Assembly (NCBI GenBank): GCA_016214655.1
Contig: JACROC010000006.1
Span: forward strand, 21,377-85,376
Length of the DNA: 64,000 nt
Direction: 5' to 3'
DNA from: Candidatus Harrisonbacteria bacterium
GTDB taxonomy: Bacteria; Patescibacteriota; Minisyncoccia; UBA6257; 02-FULL-45-10c
Part shown: positions 41,659 to 50,749 of the stretch, in pieces
How the letters are laid out: every line of letters begins with the position of its first letter
How positions within the stretch are numbered: the first letter of the stretch is position 1
Position numbers and translations under genes: made by a program
The notes under the pieces: generated by a model
What the model was told of the DNA's origin: nothing
Databases searched by the model: none
The model's input: the letters and a program-made list of their open reading frames with translations, nothing else

Positions 41659-42213
41659 ATGCGAATTGGTCCAATTCAAAAAAAGTTTTTAATTTTACTT
41701 TTCGGCCACTTATCTATGGGATTTTGTTATTCTTATGGGCAGCGCGCCAAGGTATTACGAGAAATGGATAAAGAATGGGAGCGAGTTAATGAAGAATCGC
41801 TGCGTCAGGCTATTCAAGGTCTTTATAAGAATAGATTGATAGATATAAAAGAATCGGCTGACGGCAAAGTTGTAATAAAACTTCAAGATCAGGGGAGGGA
41901 AAAAGTCTTAAGTTATAAATTAGATGAGATGGAAATTCCTAAAGCTAAAAGGTGGGACGGTAAATGGCGGATGGTCTTATTTGATATCCCCGATAATAAG
42001 AAGAAAGCCCGGGAGTCTTTGCGTCTTCATTTAAAGCGTTTGGGCTTTTATCAGTATCAGAAGAGTGTATTTATTTATCCATGCGAATGCAAAAACGAAA
42101 TCGATTTTTTGGTTGAGTTCCATAAAATTCGTCCGTATGTGCGGCAGCTGATCATTTCAGAAATGGATAACGACTTTCATTTGCGGAAAATTTTTCAAAA
42201 ATTGATTGCATAG
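41659..42213 (+). CDS. PaaX-like protein (winged helix plus Cas2-like central domain)
   Basis: WDGKWRMVLFDIP..K..R..LR..LKRLGF..YQKSVF matches the PaaX central/Cas2-fold signature; helical N-terminus resembles a wHTH. Confidence 0.8.
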   Translation: MRIGPIQKKFLILLFGHLSMGFCYSYGQRAKVLREMDKEWERVNEESLRQAIQGLYKNRLIDIKESADGKVVIKLQDQGREKVLSYKLDEMEIPKAKRWDGKWRMVLFDIPDNKKKARESLRLHLKRLGFYQYQKSVFIYPCECKNEIDFLVEFHKIRPYVRQLIISEMDNDFHLRKIFQKLIA

Positions 42214-42272
42214 TTGTCGAAAAAAGAAGCAATCTAAAATACCCTACCCGTATTTTTAGGTGAAAACGATTT

Positions 42273-42310
42273 ACTCCAGCTATATTTGCTATAGCAAATA
42301 TAGCTGGGGT
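42273..42310. repeat. 38-bp near-perfect palindrome, copy B
   Basis: ACTCCAGCTATATTTGCTA|TAGCAAATATAGCTGGGGT (one mismatch). Confidence 0.95.
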
Positions 42311-42312
42311 TG

Positions 42313-42342
42313 TTGACGTTTTTTCTGAGATTGATATAGAAT
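42313..42342 (+). promoter_or_regulatory. Sigma70-like promoter
   Basis: TTGACG, 18 nt, TAGAAT immediately after palindrome B. Confidence 0.45.
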
Positions 42343-42352
42343 ATACACTAAT

Positions 42353-42850
42353 ATGTTCTCTAGAAATTTTTTTATTTTTTCCGGAGTTTTGATTTTGGTT
42401 GTGGTTTTGGCGGCGGGATCGCTTTTGTGGTGGCAGAGACACAATGATCCGGTTCGTCAGCAGCAAGCATTACTTGAAGATTATCAGCGGAAGGTGGAAG
42501 AAGCTTATAGCAATGATACCTACGGCGGCTCTACGCCGGAGGAAACCCTCCGCCTTTTTGTAGAGGCTCTTAAAAAAGAAGATATTGAACTTGCAAGTAA
42601 GTATTTTGCGTTAGATGATAATTTGGATAGGGGGAGATGGTATGGGGCGTTAAAAAAAGAAAAAGAGAACGGTAAGCTAAGTAATATAATTTCCGTAATA
42701 AATAGAGCTCAACCGGGGGATAATTCAGATAAAAATTTTGAGAAGCATTATTTTAATTTTATTGTCTATCGCGGAGATGGGGAAGTAGAGGCGGATATTA
42801 GTTTAGTCTTTAACCCAACTTCAAAAGTATGGAAAATAGAAAGCTTATAA
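42353..42850 (+). CDS. Membrane-anchored hypothetical protein
   Basis: N-terminal TM; DTYGGSTPEETL..FVEAL...ASKYF; ends WKIESL; overlaps the next gene. Confidence 0.75.
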   Translation: MFSRNFFIFSGVLILVVVLAAGSLLWWQRHNDPVRQQQALLEDYQRKVEEAYSNDTYGGSTPEETLRLFVEALKKEDIELASKYFALDDNLDRGRWYGALKKEKENGKLSNIISVINRAQPGDNSDKNFEKHYFNFIVYRGDGEVEADISLVFNPTSKVWKIESL

Positions 42851-45800
42851 AAATTTTTATCCCAGTTATGCTGGGATTTTTTAGTTATGCGAATTTGGCT
42901 CTTGCGTATGAGGTAGGCACGCACGAGTTTTTGACCAAGGAAGTAGTAGAATTTTACAATCAAAATTTTTCTGGCAATAAAATCTTGGATGAATATAAGC
43001 CCGCTATTATTAGCGGCGCCAATCACGAAGATGATAATCCGCGCTGGATGAATCATTTCTATGACCCAGTTTATAATCGCGGTTTAACAAAGATTCCCGG
43101 CAATTGGGTTAGTTCCAAAGATTGGGCGCATAATTCGGATCAGCAGATTTCCGCTTTATATAATCCAGTTTTAAATACAACTATTGCCGGACTTTTGGCG
43201 GTGACTAACCCCGGAGAATTGCGCAAAACCGATTTTACTTGGGAACGCGCCATTCGTGATTATTTAAGAGGCGACAAAGAAAGAGCTTTCCGCGGGTTGG
43301 GACAGATTCTGCATTTGATTGAGGATGCTTCGGTGCCGGATCATACTCGCAATGATCCGCATCCGGCCTTTGATCAAGAAGATTTTTTAGAAACTGGCAG
43401 CCCTTATGAACTTTGGACTGGTGATTTTAATCTGGATAATCCCGATAAAAATTTGTCGTTACGATTATCCAATAAAAAACCGATTGCCTTGGATGATTTA
43501 GATACCTATTTTGATTCCTTGGCGTCATATTCAAATAATAATTTTTATAGTAAAGATACGATTGGTGGCCAAGAATATAATTTACCGAAACCAGATTATT
43601 TATTTAAAGATAGACAACGTATTTACGCATTTAAAATAGATTTCGAATTTGGAGATTATCGGTTATTTGAAAAGATTGTTCCGGATATTTTATTAAAAAA
43701 TGAACTTGAGGCAGAGTTGAGGCCGATTGTATTGCAAGATTACTGGGATCGGCTTTCTGTAAAAGCGGTACAACATGGCGCCGGAGTTGTTGATTTGTTC
43801 TTTAAAGAAATTGAAAAAGCAAAAAACAACCCTAATTTTGTAACGGAAGAACCAAAGTCTTTATTAGCGCAAGTAGCGGATGCAATGCGCGGCTTATTTA
43901 CCAACATAACCGCGCTTTTTAAAGGAGAAGATGATTTGAAGTTGGTTGCAGAGATTTCGTTGGATAAAAATGAGAAGAGTGGTGAAGTTGTGGCTTTTGG
44001 TGATAACAGTGTTTTGGGTGGCGAAATTCCTAGTGGTTCCGAGCAAAATAAGATTGATAGGAATAATGGGATGAATACGGATAATGAGCCAGTTGAGTTG
44101 GACAGAAATTTTGTTGATGATCAAAATGAAGATGCGGCTGAAGCTGCTAATAGGAAGAATGAAGAAGTTGCTACTACCACTGCGGTGGTAACGAAAAATA
44201 ACACCAGCGTTTCAGAAAAACCAGTTACTGCGCCGGTTAAGAACTGTTCTTTTGCAACTGACAAAACTCCGAGCCACCAAAAACTATTAATTAATGAAGT
44301 CGCCTGGATGGGCGGGTTTTCCAGCGCTAATGACGAGTGGACGGAGCTTAAAAATATTTCCGGAGATGATTTAGATATTTCCAGTTGGCAGCTTTTGGAT
44401 AAAGATGAGCAGATCAAAATTGTATTTCCAGGCGGAGCTAAACTATCTAGCGGCGGATTCATGCTTTTGGAGAGAACCAATGACGACTCGGTTTCCGGGC
44501 TTGCGGCTAATTTAATTTATGCCGGGGCATTGTCTAATGCTAATGAGGGATTAAGACTTTTTGATCCGGATTGTAATTTAGTTGATGAGGTTTTAGCGGC
44601 GAGCGATTGGCCATCCGGAGATGCGGCTGCTCGGAAAACCATGGAGCGGGGAAGTGATTTAAGCTGGCATGCGTACAGCGGTGATGGCGAGAATTTTGGC
44701 GGAGCGCAGATTATGGGAACGCCAAAAAAAGAAAATAGTTCCCGTTATATGTCTGGCGGCGGAAATAGCGCGGCAACCGAGAATCAACAAGTTAGTCCGG
44801 CGCCGGCAACCCAGAAAATTTTAATTTCCGAGGTGCAGACTACCGGCGGCACCGGCCAGACTAACAATGAATTTATTGAACTATATAATCCGAATAATGC
44901 CGTATTTGATTTAAAAGGATACCGGTTGGTGAAACGAACTAAAACTGGTACTGCTGATACAACTATTAAATCATGGACAACTGATGCTTTTGTGCCAGCA
45001 AAAGGATTTTATCTTTGGGCGAATAGCAGTTACACCGGTATTGTGGTGACGCCGGATGCTACCACTACGGTAAGTATTGCTGATGATAACGGGATTGCCA
45101 TCCGTCTTGGCTCCGAGGACACCGGTACTATTATTGACAGCGTTGGCTGGGGAGAGGCGCAGAACGTTTTTGCGGAAGGAGCGGCATTCTTAACTAATAC
45201 CGGGGCTAACCAAAGTTTGGAAAGAAAAGCATTGCAGAATAATAGTTGTGTCTCGGCGCAATCGGGCGGAGAATTTTTAGGCAATGGCTGTGATGTGAAT
45301 AACAACCAGAATGATTTTGACCTCCGCGGTTCGCCGAATCCGCAGAGTAGCAAAAGTTTTATTGAGCCGCGCTCGGCTCCAAGCGCAGTCAGTAATTTTA
45401 ACGCCGAGTATGCATCGTCAACACTCGGCGTTTCGCTTAGTTGGAGCGCGTCGGCGGATTATTTAGGATCAACTTCTACTACTCAATACGTTTTAAGCTA
45501 TGCCACTTCTACCGGCACCGCTCTGAAAGAATTGGCCATTCTGACGGCGACTACCACTTACAAATTTACCACTGCGGAAGTTGGATTGAATTATGATTTC
45601 TTAATTTCGGCAAAAGACAAAGAGGGGTTGGCTTCTGACTCCAGTACCAAGACATTAAGCGTGCCGAGCCAGTTTACTAACTTTTATTTTTATAAAGACA
45701 CCCGTACTGCTTCCAGCACAAAATATCTGGCGGAGTTTTATTATAACAATTACCCGCTTATCCAGGATTTGTACTGGAGTCCGGCGGATAGTTCTTGGAA

Positions 45801-47046
45801 AATCTTAGTTTTTTATCTGAATAAAGAGGCGCCGAAAGAACTGGAATTGAATGCCGGTAATAATTGGCAACCAGGAAATTTAAGCGGGGTGTTGGATATA
45901 GTTTATGCCAATTGTGCCAGCGGAAATTCAAACAGATTTTCTTTGACTCTTCCGGATGTAGAATCGCAGTGCAATAGTGGCGGCGGAGTGGCTAATAATG
46001 CGTTTAAATTCAGTAATCTGGAAGATCCGCATATTTTACTGGAGCTAGCCACGACTACTGCCGGCATCACTTTCGCGGCTGATGATTTTATAACTGTTGG
46101 AGCTTATTCGTTATACGATGCAGGAGCCGGCGACCAGAAATTTAAATTATCAACTTTGGATCGTGATAAATATTATTTCAGTACCAGTACGCCGACTCAC
46201 CAGGCGCCAGCGATGCCGGAAAATTTGGAATTGAAAGTTAATTCTGACTCATCTCTTTTAAGAATTATCTGGGATAAAGGAACTCTAGACGGCGATACGT
46301 TGGATAATTTAATAACTTTTGAGATCAATTATTCTACTACCACTTTGGATGATGCCGGGTGGGGTGCGGTTCCGAATGCTAGCCAGGATCCGGGAGAGGG
46401 CAGTGAAATTAACGGCCGTCCGTTTACTAAAATTACAGTTGAGCCGGACAATACTTATAATATAGCTTTGAGAGCGAAAGATGATTTCGGTAATGTTTCT
46501 TCTGCGACTACCACGATTTATTTTATTCCGGAAATTTCACCACCATATGGAATGTCCAATATAGAGTGGGGTCATTTGAATAGTTCTTCTACCATTGAAA
46601 TCGGTTTTAATGCTAACGCCTATCCTTTTATGACCGCCAATAAAACTAGCGCTATTTTGTTCTTTTTAAATCAGCTTCCGCCAGCCGGTTATTCATTTTC
46701 TAATAATGCTGAGCGATGGACTATCGGCGGTTCAAACAGTGTTTTGAAGCTGCAATATAATACCTGCCAGAGCAATAACGACGGTTTGCTGGGCGGTTTG
46801 CTGATGCATAATGATTCCAGTTGTCCGAATGGCGGCAGCGGACTCAGGAAAAATTCGGTGCGGAAAGATCTGACTTCTGGACAAACCAATTTCACTACAA
46901 CGGTTGCCGGGGTGCTTACTAGCGGCGGGACTGAATCACATACTTTTAGCACTGGTGATTATCTGACCATGGGATTTTATGAGCGTAACGGCAGCACTTT
47001 TGAGGAAGTTTCCGTTTACAATAAAAAAATCTATTTTCAACCATAG
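42829..47046 (+). CDS. Large secreted surface protein: phospholipase C/P1-nuclease-like Zn domain, two lamin-tail domains and FN3-like repeats
   Basis: Signal peptide ending ALA|YEVGTH; ED..RWMNHFYDP and HLIEDASVPDH; INEV/ISEV..EWTEL/EFIELYN lamin-tail motifs; Ser/Thr-rich beta repeats. Confidence 0.7.
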   Translation: MENRKLIKIFIPVMLGFFSYANLALAYEVGTHEFLTKEVVEFYNQNFSGNKILDEYKPAIISGANHEDDNPRWMNHFYDPVYNRGLTKIPGNWVSSKDWAHNSDQQISALYNPVLNTTIAGLLAVTNPGELRKTDFTWERAIRDYLRGDKERAFRGLGQILHLIEDASVPDHTRNDPHPAFDQEDFLETGSPYELWTGDFNLDNPDKNLSLRLSNKKPIALDDLDTYFDSLASYSNNNFYSKDTIGGQEYNLPKPDYLFKDRQRIYAFKIDFEFGDYRLFEKIVPDILLKNELEAELRPIVLQDYWDRLSVKAVQHGAGVVDLFFKEIEKAKNNPNFVTEEPKSLLAQVADAMRGLFTNITALFKGEDDLKLVAEISLDKNEKSGEVVAFGDNSVLGGEIPSGSEQNKIDRNNGMNTDNEPVELDRNFVDDQNEDAAEAANRKNEEVATTTAVVTKNNTSVSEKPVTAPVKNCSFATDKTPSHQKLLINEVAWMGGFSSANDEWTELKNISGDDLDISSWQLLDKDEQIKIVFPGGAKLSSGGFMLLERTNDDSVSGLAANLIYAGALSNANEGLRLFDPDCNLVDEVLAASDWPSGDAAARKTMERGSDLSWHAYSGDGENFGGAQIMGTPKKENSSRYMSGGGNSAATENQQVSPAPATQKILISEVQTTGGTGQTNNEFIELYNPNNAVFDLKGYRLVKRTKTGTADTTIKSWTTDAFVPAKGFYLWANSSYTGIVVTPDATTTVSIADDNGIAIRLGSEDTGTIIDSVGWGEAQNVFAEGAAFLTNTGANQSLERKALQNNSCVSAQSGGEFLGNGCDVNNNQNDFDLRGSPNPQSSKSFIEPRSAPSAVSNFNAEYASSTLGVSLSWSASADYLGSTSTTQYVLSYATSTGTALKELAILTATTTYKFTTAEVGLNYDFLISAKDKEGLASDSSTKTLSVPSQFTNFYFYKDTRTASSTKYLAEFYYNNYPLIQDLYWSPADSSWKILVFYLNKEAPKELELNAGNNWQPGNLSGVLDIVYANCASGNSNRFSLTLPDVESQCNSGGGVANNAFKFSNLEDPHILLELATTTAGITFAADDFITVGAYSLYDAGAGDQKFKLSTLDRDKYYFSTSTPTHQAPAMPENLELKVNSDSSLLRIIWDKGTLDGDTLDNLITFEINYSTTTLDDAGWGAVPNASQDPGEGSEINGRPFTKITVEPDNTYNIALRAKDDFGNVSSATTTIYFIPEISPPYGMSNIEWGHLNSSSTIEIGFNANAYPFMTANKTSAILFFLNQLPPAGYSFSNNAERWTIGGSNSVLKLQYNTCQSNNDGLLGGLLMHNDSSCPNGGSGLRKNSVRKDLTSGQTNFTTTVAGVLTSGGTESHTFSTGDYLTMGFYERNGSTFEEVSVYNKKIYFQP

Positions 47047-47095
47047 ATATTCGTGATAATCTGAATTCAGCTCTGTAATTGAAAAAGGATAACCT

Positions 47096-47365
47096 TTGTT
47101 AGCGATGGCTGCGCCGCTGATAAGTTTGATTTGTCTGATTTTCGGAATGACGCACCAGATAAAAATTATCATAGACAAAGGACATTGTGAGGAGCTGTCC
47201 TTGCCAAGGATTTTTTTGGGAACTTTTTCCGGAGTGGTCTGGGTGCTTTACGGACTGGAGCTTGGCAATAACTGGATGATTGCGCTGAATGTAGTCGGAA
47301 TTATTATGAATTTGGCTTTGATGTCGATTATCTTCCATTTGCGTAAAAAACTTCCACCTCAATAA
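47096..47365 (+). CDS. Small 3-TM protein, SemiSWEET/PQ-loop-like
   Basis: QIKII...ELS..., WVLYG and ALNV pattern; TTG start after AAAGGA. Confidence 0.55.
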   Translation: MLAMAAPLISLICLIFGMTHQIKIIIDKGHCEELSLPRIFLGTFSGVVWVLYGLELGNNWMIALNVVGIIMNLALMSIIFHLRKKLPPQ

Positions 47366-47496
47366 GGCGGATTTTGTTTTGGGGATTGCGCCCTCCTGAT
47401 CAGGACGCGGGTGTTTATAGAATCATCTTTTTTGAAATGGAGCCGGCCAATTTCGGATTCAATCGGGCAGTTTATTATGATGCGCCGTTAGATTTA

Positions 47497-47521
47497 AAAA
47501 GTAGCGTTTAACGCTACTTTT
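47497..47521. terminator. Bidirectional terminator-like hairpin
   Basis: AAAAGTAGCGTT-T-AACGCTACTTTT between convergent genes. Confidence 0.7.
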
Positions 47522-48350
47522 AATTTGTCTCACCGCCTTCTTTTATTTCAGAGATTCTTTTAATGGTGCGGTCGTAGACTTCGTCGTTTTCTATTGCGAT
47601 TCCCAAGCCTTTTATTTTGAGATCTTTTTGCGGGCCATTTTTGAAGGCGCCTAGGCGGGTGCTGAGGAAATCTGTGAGCTTTTCCAGCATTCCAGAAACT
47701 TTCATTAATTTATGATGTTGGTTTGTCGGGATTCCGCGCCGGGAAAAAGCCAGATGCAGCATTTCATGGGCTACTGTCCCATAAAAATAGACCCCGCTTT
47801 CTTCATAGGATATATCATTATTGATGCGGCGATAATAATTTTCCCAATGATAAAGCGTTTCAGCGATTTCCTCCACATATATTTCCGCGCGATTCTGGTT
47901 CAAAAAAGCTCTGCCCAGAATTCCTTGTGCCGAATCGATTATTCGGTTTTTATCGCTTTTACATTGTTTCCGGTCTTTTTTATTTTGATACCGGCTGCAA
48001 TCTTCGCGTAGTATTCTGTACTCTGATCGCAGATAGTCTTGATAAAGATTATTTGCCGGTTGTCCGAGGACGGCCGATGCCCGGCTTTCTATTACCTGGC
48101 GATTTTTTTCGCAGCGCGTCTTCTTTCCATTTTCGTATTGTTCGCAATCGCGCATGAGAAGCTGATAATAAAAATCCTCCTTTAGAAAAACGATTTCTGG
48201 TAGTGGAGTATTAGGAGGTAGATCCGTCAGTTTCAGGATTTTTTTCCAGGTGTCTTGGACTAATACCGTATCCACTTGCTCTTCATCGCAGCTGGCTAAG
48301 GTTAAAATTGGCAGAAGCAGTATAATCCGCCATATTTTTTTAAGGTGCAC
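47520..48350 (-). CDS. Putative lipoprotein with HExxH zinc-metallopeptidase motif, paralog 1
   Basis: Lipobox-like LASC; VAHEMLH; four further Cys in an insertion. Confidence 0.65.
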   Translation of the reverse strand: MHLKKIWRIILLLPILTLASCDEEQVDTVLVQDTWKKILKLTDLPPNTPLPEIVFLKEDFYYQLLMRDCEQYENGKKTRCEKNRQVIESRASAVLGQPANNLYQDYLRSEYRILREDCSRYQNKKDRKQCKSDKNRIIDSAQGILGRAFLNQNRAEIYVEEIAETLYHWENYYRRINNDISYEESGVYFYGTVAHEMLHLAFSRRGIPTNQHHKLMKVSGMLEKLTDFLSTRLGAFKNGPQKDLKIKGLGIAIENDEVYDRTIKRISEIKEGGETN

Positions 48351-48431
48351 AGCGACTCCATTAATCAGCGCAGTTATTTAATCTATAACATATTCATTAG
48401 CGGCTCACAATTGAATTTTAATAAAAATTAA

Positions 48432-48453
48432 ATCCGCCCTTTTAGGGGCGGAT
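48432..48453. terminator. Terminator-like hairpin
   Basis: ATCCGCCC..GGGCGGAT downstream of the 48462-49091 gene. Confidence 0.6.
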
Positions 48454-48461
48454 AATAATGC

Positions 48462-49091
48462 TTACCAGCAATCTGACCAGTGGCCGTATTCGGTGTCGGC
48501 GTGAATATTTGGTGGAAGTTTGGAGGAAGATTTATTTTTTCCTTCCGTCTTTTCATCTTTATAAATGCCATAGTCCAAAAACTGGAGGGAAAGATATTTT
48601 GCTAAGCCGTCATGATGGAGTTTGAAATGGTCGCTGATAACGTCGATAACTTTGGATAAATATTGGCGATCCCGCATGATTCTATGCTGTTGTGTGGTCT
48701 CCTCGCGGACGTGGATTGCGTAGTGGAGCATTTCGTGGGCAACCGTGTTATAAAGCAATGCCTCGGCCTCATAATAGGATATGTCGTATCCGTATGCGGC
48801 ACCGTATTTGCCATATCGATCGCGGGAATTCCAAATATATTCCATTAGTTGGCCGATATAGATTTCTGCTTTGCGGCCATTCCAATAATATCGTCCATGG
48901 GCTTTTTCACCCATAACATCATTGCCATTAATGAATTCAATTACCGGTTTTGGCGTGTCCGGCGGCAATTCAGCAATTTTCATGACCTCCTGCCAGATGT
49001 GATCGATTAGCTGCTGATCAATTTCTTTCTCCTTGCAGTTTGCCCAAGCCAGGAGCGGAATAATCGGGAGTAGCCGTATTAGTTTTTTCAA
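48462..49091 (-). CDS. Putative lipoprotein with HExxH motif, paralog 2
   Basis: Signal peptide ending WANC; LPPDTPKPVIEF and AEIY...VAHEMLH shared with paralog 1. Confidence 0.65.
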   Translation of the reverse strand: MKKLIRLLPIIPLLAWANCKEKEIDQQLIDHIWQEVMKIAELPPDTPKPVIEFINGNDVMGEKAHGRYYWNGRKAEIYIGQLMEYIWNSRDRYGKYGAAYGYDISYYEAEALLYNTVAHEMLHYAIHVREETTQQHRIMRDRQYLSKVIDVISDHFKLHHDGLAKYLSLQFLDYGIYKDEKTEGKNKSSSKLPPNIHADTEYGHWSDCW

Positions 49092-49174
49092 GGCGCACTA
49101 CCTTTGAGTTGGTAATCCTAATTAAAATTTACTATATATTTTGGATTTTGTGAATAAAAATATTTTAGAGTACA

Positions 49175-49657
49175 ATGATTTGCATGGTTATTATCTTAGA
49201 TAATATCCGCAGCGTCCATAACGTAGGATCAATTTTCCGTACTGCCGATGCCGCGGGCGTTGAGAAAATTTATTTATGCGGCATTACACCGGAGCCGGTA
49301 GATCGCTTCGGTAGGCCACTGGAGCAATTTGTTAAAGTTTCTCTTGGAGCGGAGAAAACAGTGGAATGGCAAAAGATTAAAGTTATAAGTAAATTGATTG
49401 ATAAATTAAAAAAAGAAAACTATAAAATTTTTGCGGTAGAACAATCCAAAAAATCTATCCCGTTCTATACCCCTAACCCTAAACCCCATACCCTTAAAAA
49501 AACCACATTAGTTTTTGGTAACGAAGTAAAAGGAATTTCACCGGCGATTTTGAAGAAGGCGGATAAGATTTTGGAAATTCCGATGAGTGGCAGAAAAGAA
49601 TCTTTGAATGTGGCTGTCGCTTTCGGTATTGTTGTATTCGGTATTTTATATAAATAA
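49175..49657 (+). CDS. TrmH/SpoU family RNA methyltransferase
   Basis: LDNIRS.HNVGSIFRTAD, FGNE..G and IPM.G.KESLNVAVA. Confidence 0.92.
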   Translation: MICMVIILDNIRSVHNVGSIFRTADAAGVEKIYLCGITPEPVDRFGRPLEQFVKVSLGAEKTVEWQKIKVISKLIDKLKKENYKIFAVEQSKKSIPFYTPNPKPHTLKKTTLVFGNEVKGISPAILKKADKILEIPMSGRKESLNVAVAFGIVVFGILYK

Positions 49658-49658
49658 C

Positions 49659-50126
49659 ATGACTGTGCTTAAAAAAATTTTTGTTAGCCTTGGTCTTTTT
49701 ACGGTTGTGGTGGTTTTGGGTGGGTTATACGGATTATTGTTGGGTAATAGGGACAGAAGGGAAGAGTTCAAAACTTTGATAATAGGCACGAATAAGTTTG
49801 AAATTGAAATTGCGGATAACGCCTTAGAACAAGCGCACGGACTTTCTGGTAGGGATTTTTTAGCAGATGATCGCGGTATGCTTTTCGTATTTGCAGATTT
49901 ATCCGTTCGAAGTTTTTGGATGGCGGGGATGAAATTTCCTCTGGACATTATTTGGATTAAGGGGGATAAGGTTGTCGGTTTCTCCGAGAATTTGCCGTTA
50001 GCTTCGGCCGCAAATGTCAAGATCTATTACTCACCGGAATCAATTGACAAGGTTTTGGAGATTAACGCCGGGTTAGTAAATAAGTTAGGAATTCGGGCGG
50101 GTGATGTTATTGGATTTGATCAGTGA
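49659..50126 (+). CDS. DUF192 family protein
   Basis: EIAD....GL, GMLFVF, FWM..MKFPLDIIWI and VLEINAG; ATG at 49659. Confidence 0.88.
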   Translation: MTVLKKIFVSLGLFTVVVVLGGLYGLLLGNRDRREEFKTLIIGTNKFEIEIADNALEQAHGLSGRDFLADDRGMLFVFADLSVRSFWMAGMKFPLDIIWIKGDKVVGFSENLPLASAANVKIYYSPESIDKVLEINAGLVNKLGIRAGDVIGFDQ

Positions 50127-50174
50127 TAATTTTTGTGATAATATACTAAAAATCCTTAAACATAAGGAGGTTCA

Positions 50175-50669
50175 TTGAAAATGAAATGGTTTGCGACTGG
50201 TTTGGCGGCAGTATCTTTTTTTATATTGGTTTCTTGCGTGCAGGCGGCGGAAACTTATATCCGTTTTGGTGAGGGTTATTTAGTCGGTTTGAGCAAGAAT
50301 CGGCTGGCGATTGGAAATTCCATCGGCGTCAATGTCACTGCCGGTTATCAGTTTTCCAAGAAAACCGCTCTGGAAGGTGACTATATAAATTATCGGCAGG
50401 GGCCGTCTGCTGGATTCGTCTCTCTCAATTTTTCTAGGCCCGATGGCGCTTGGCGTCCACGTTTGAATATGGGATTGGGTGCTATTGACCATAAGCTATT
50501 GGGGTTTGGCATTGCCGGAAAAGTTGGTGCGGGATTAAGTTATTTTTATCAGCCGATTTCCAGCCCGGAAATTGCGATTGGTTTTGAGACCTCTCTAATA
50601 AAAGGTACCGGTGGAGTAGGCAGCTTTCTTTATCTGAACAATGCTTTGATGTTCGCATTACATTTTTAA
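50175..50669 (+). CDS. Secreted protein resembling an outer-membrane beta-barrel
   Basis: Signal peptide; alternating Gly/aromatic strands; C-terminal Phe; SD AAGGAGG. Confidence 0.5.
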   Translation: MKMKWFATGLAAVSFFILVSCVQAAETYIRFGEGYLVGLSKNRLAIGNSIGVNVTAGYQFSKKTALEGDYINYRQGPSAGFVSLNFSRPDGAWRPRLNMGLGAIDHKLLGFGIAGKVGAGLSYFYQPISSPEIAIGFETSLIKGTGGVGSFLYLNNALMFALHF

Positions 50670-50678
50670 GTTTTCTGG

Positions 50679-50706
50679 CTCTTCGTTAAACCCGAAGAGT
50701 TTTTTA
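50679..50706 (+). terminator. Rho-independent terminator
   Basis: CTCTTCG..CGAAGAG followed by a T-tract. Confidence 0.65.
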
Positions 50707-50749
50707 TTTAAAGGCGTGGTATGGATGGTTTACGTGTTATATTAAAAAG

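Noticed and set aside
41597-42310. CRISPR-Cas locus (Cas2-like gene with 38-bp repeats)
   Set aside because: The repeats are about 640 bp and 16 kb apart, not separated by spacer-sized sequences, and there is no cas1 or effector gene.
42152-42466. Short ORFs sharing the peptide TPAIFAIANIAGV / TPVIFAIANITGV (also 58191-58673)
   Set aside because: The shared peptide is simply the translation of the DNA palindrome, and both ORFs overlap real genes.
47366-47496. Possible tRNA or ncRNA in the intergenic gap
   Set aside because: No cloverleaf or T-loop consensus; only a 12-bp palindrome (TCCTGATCAGGA).
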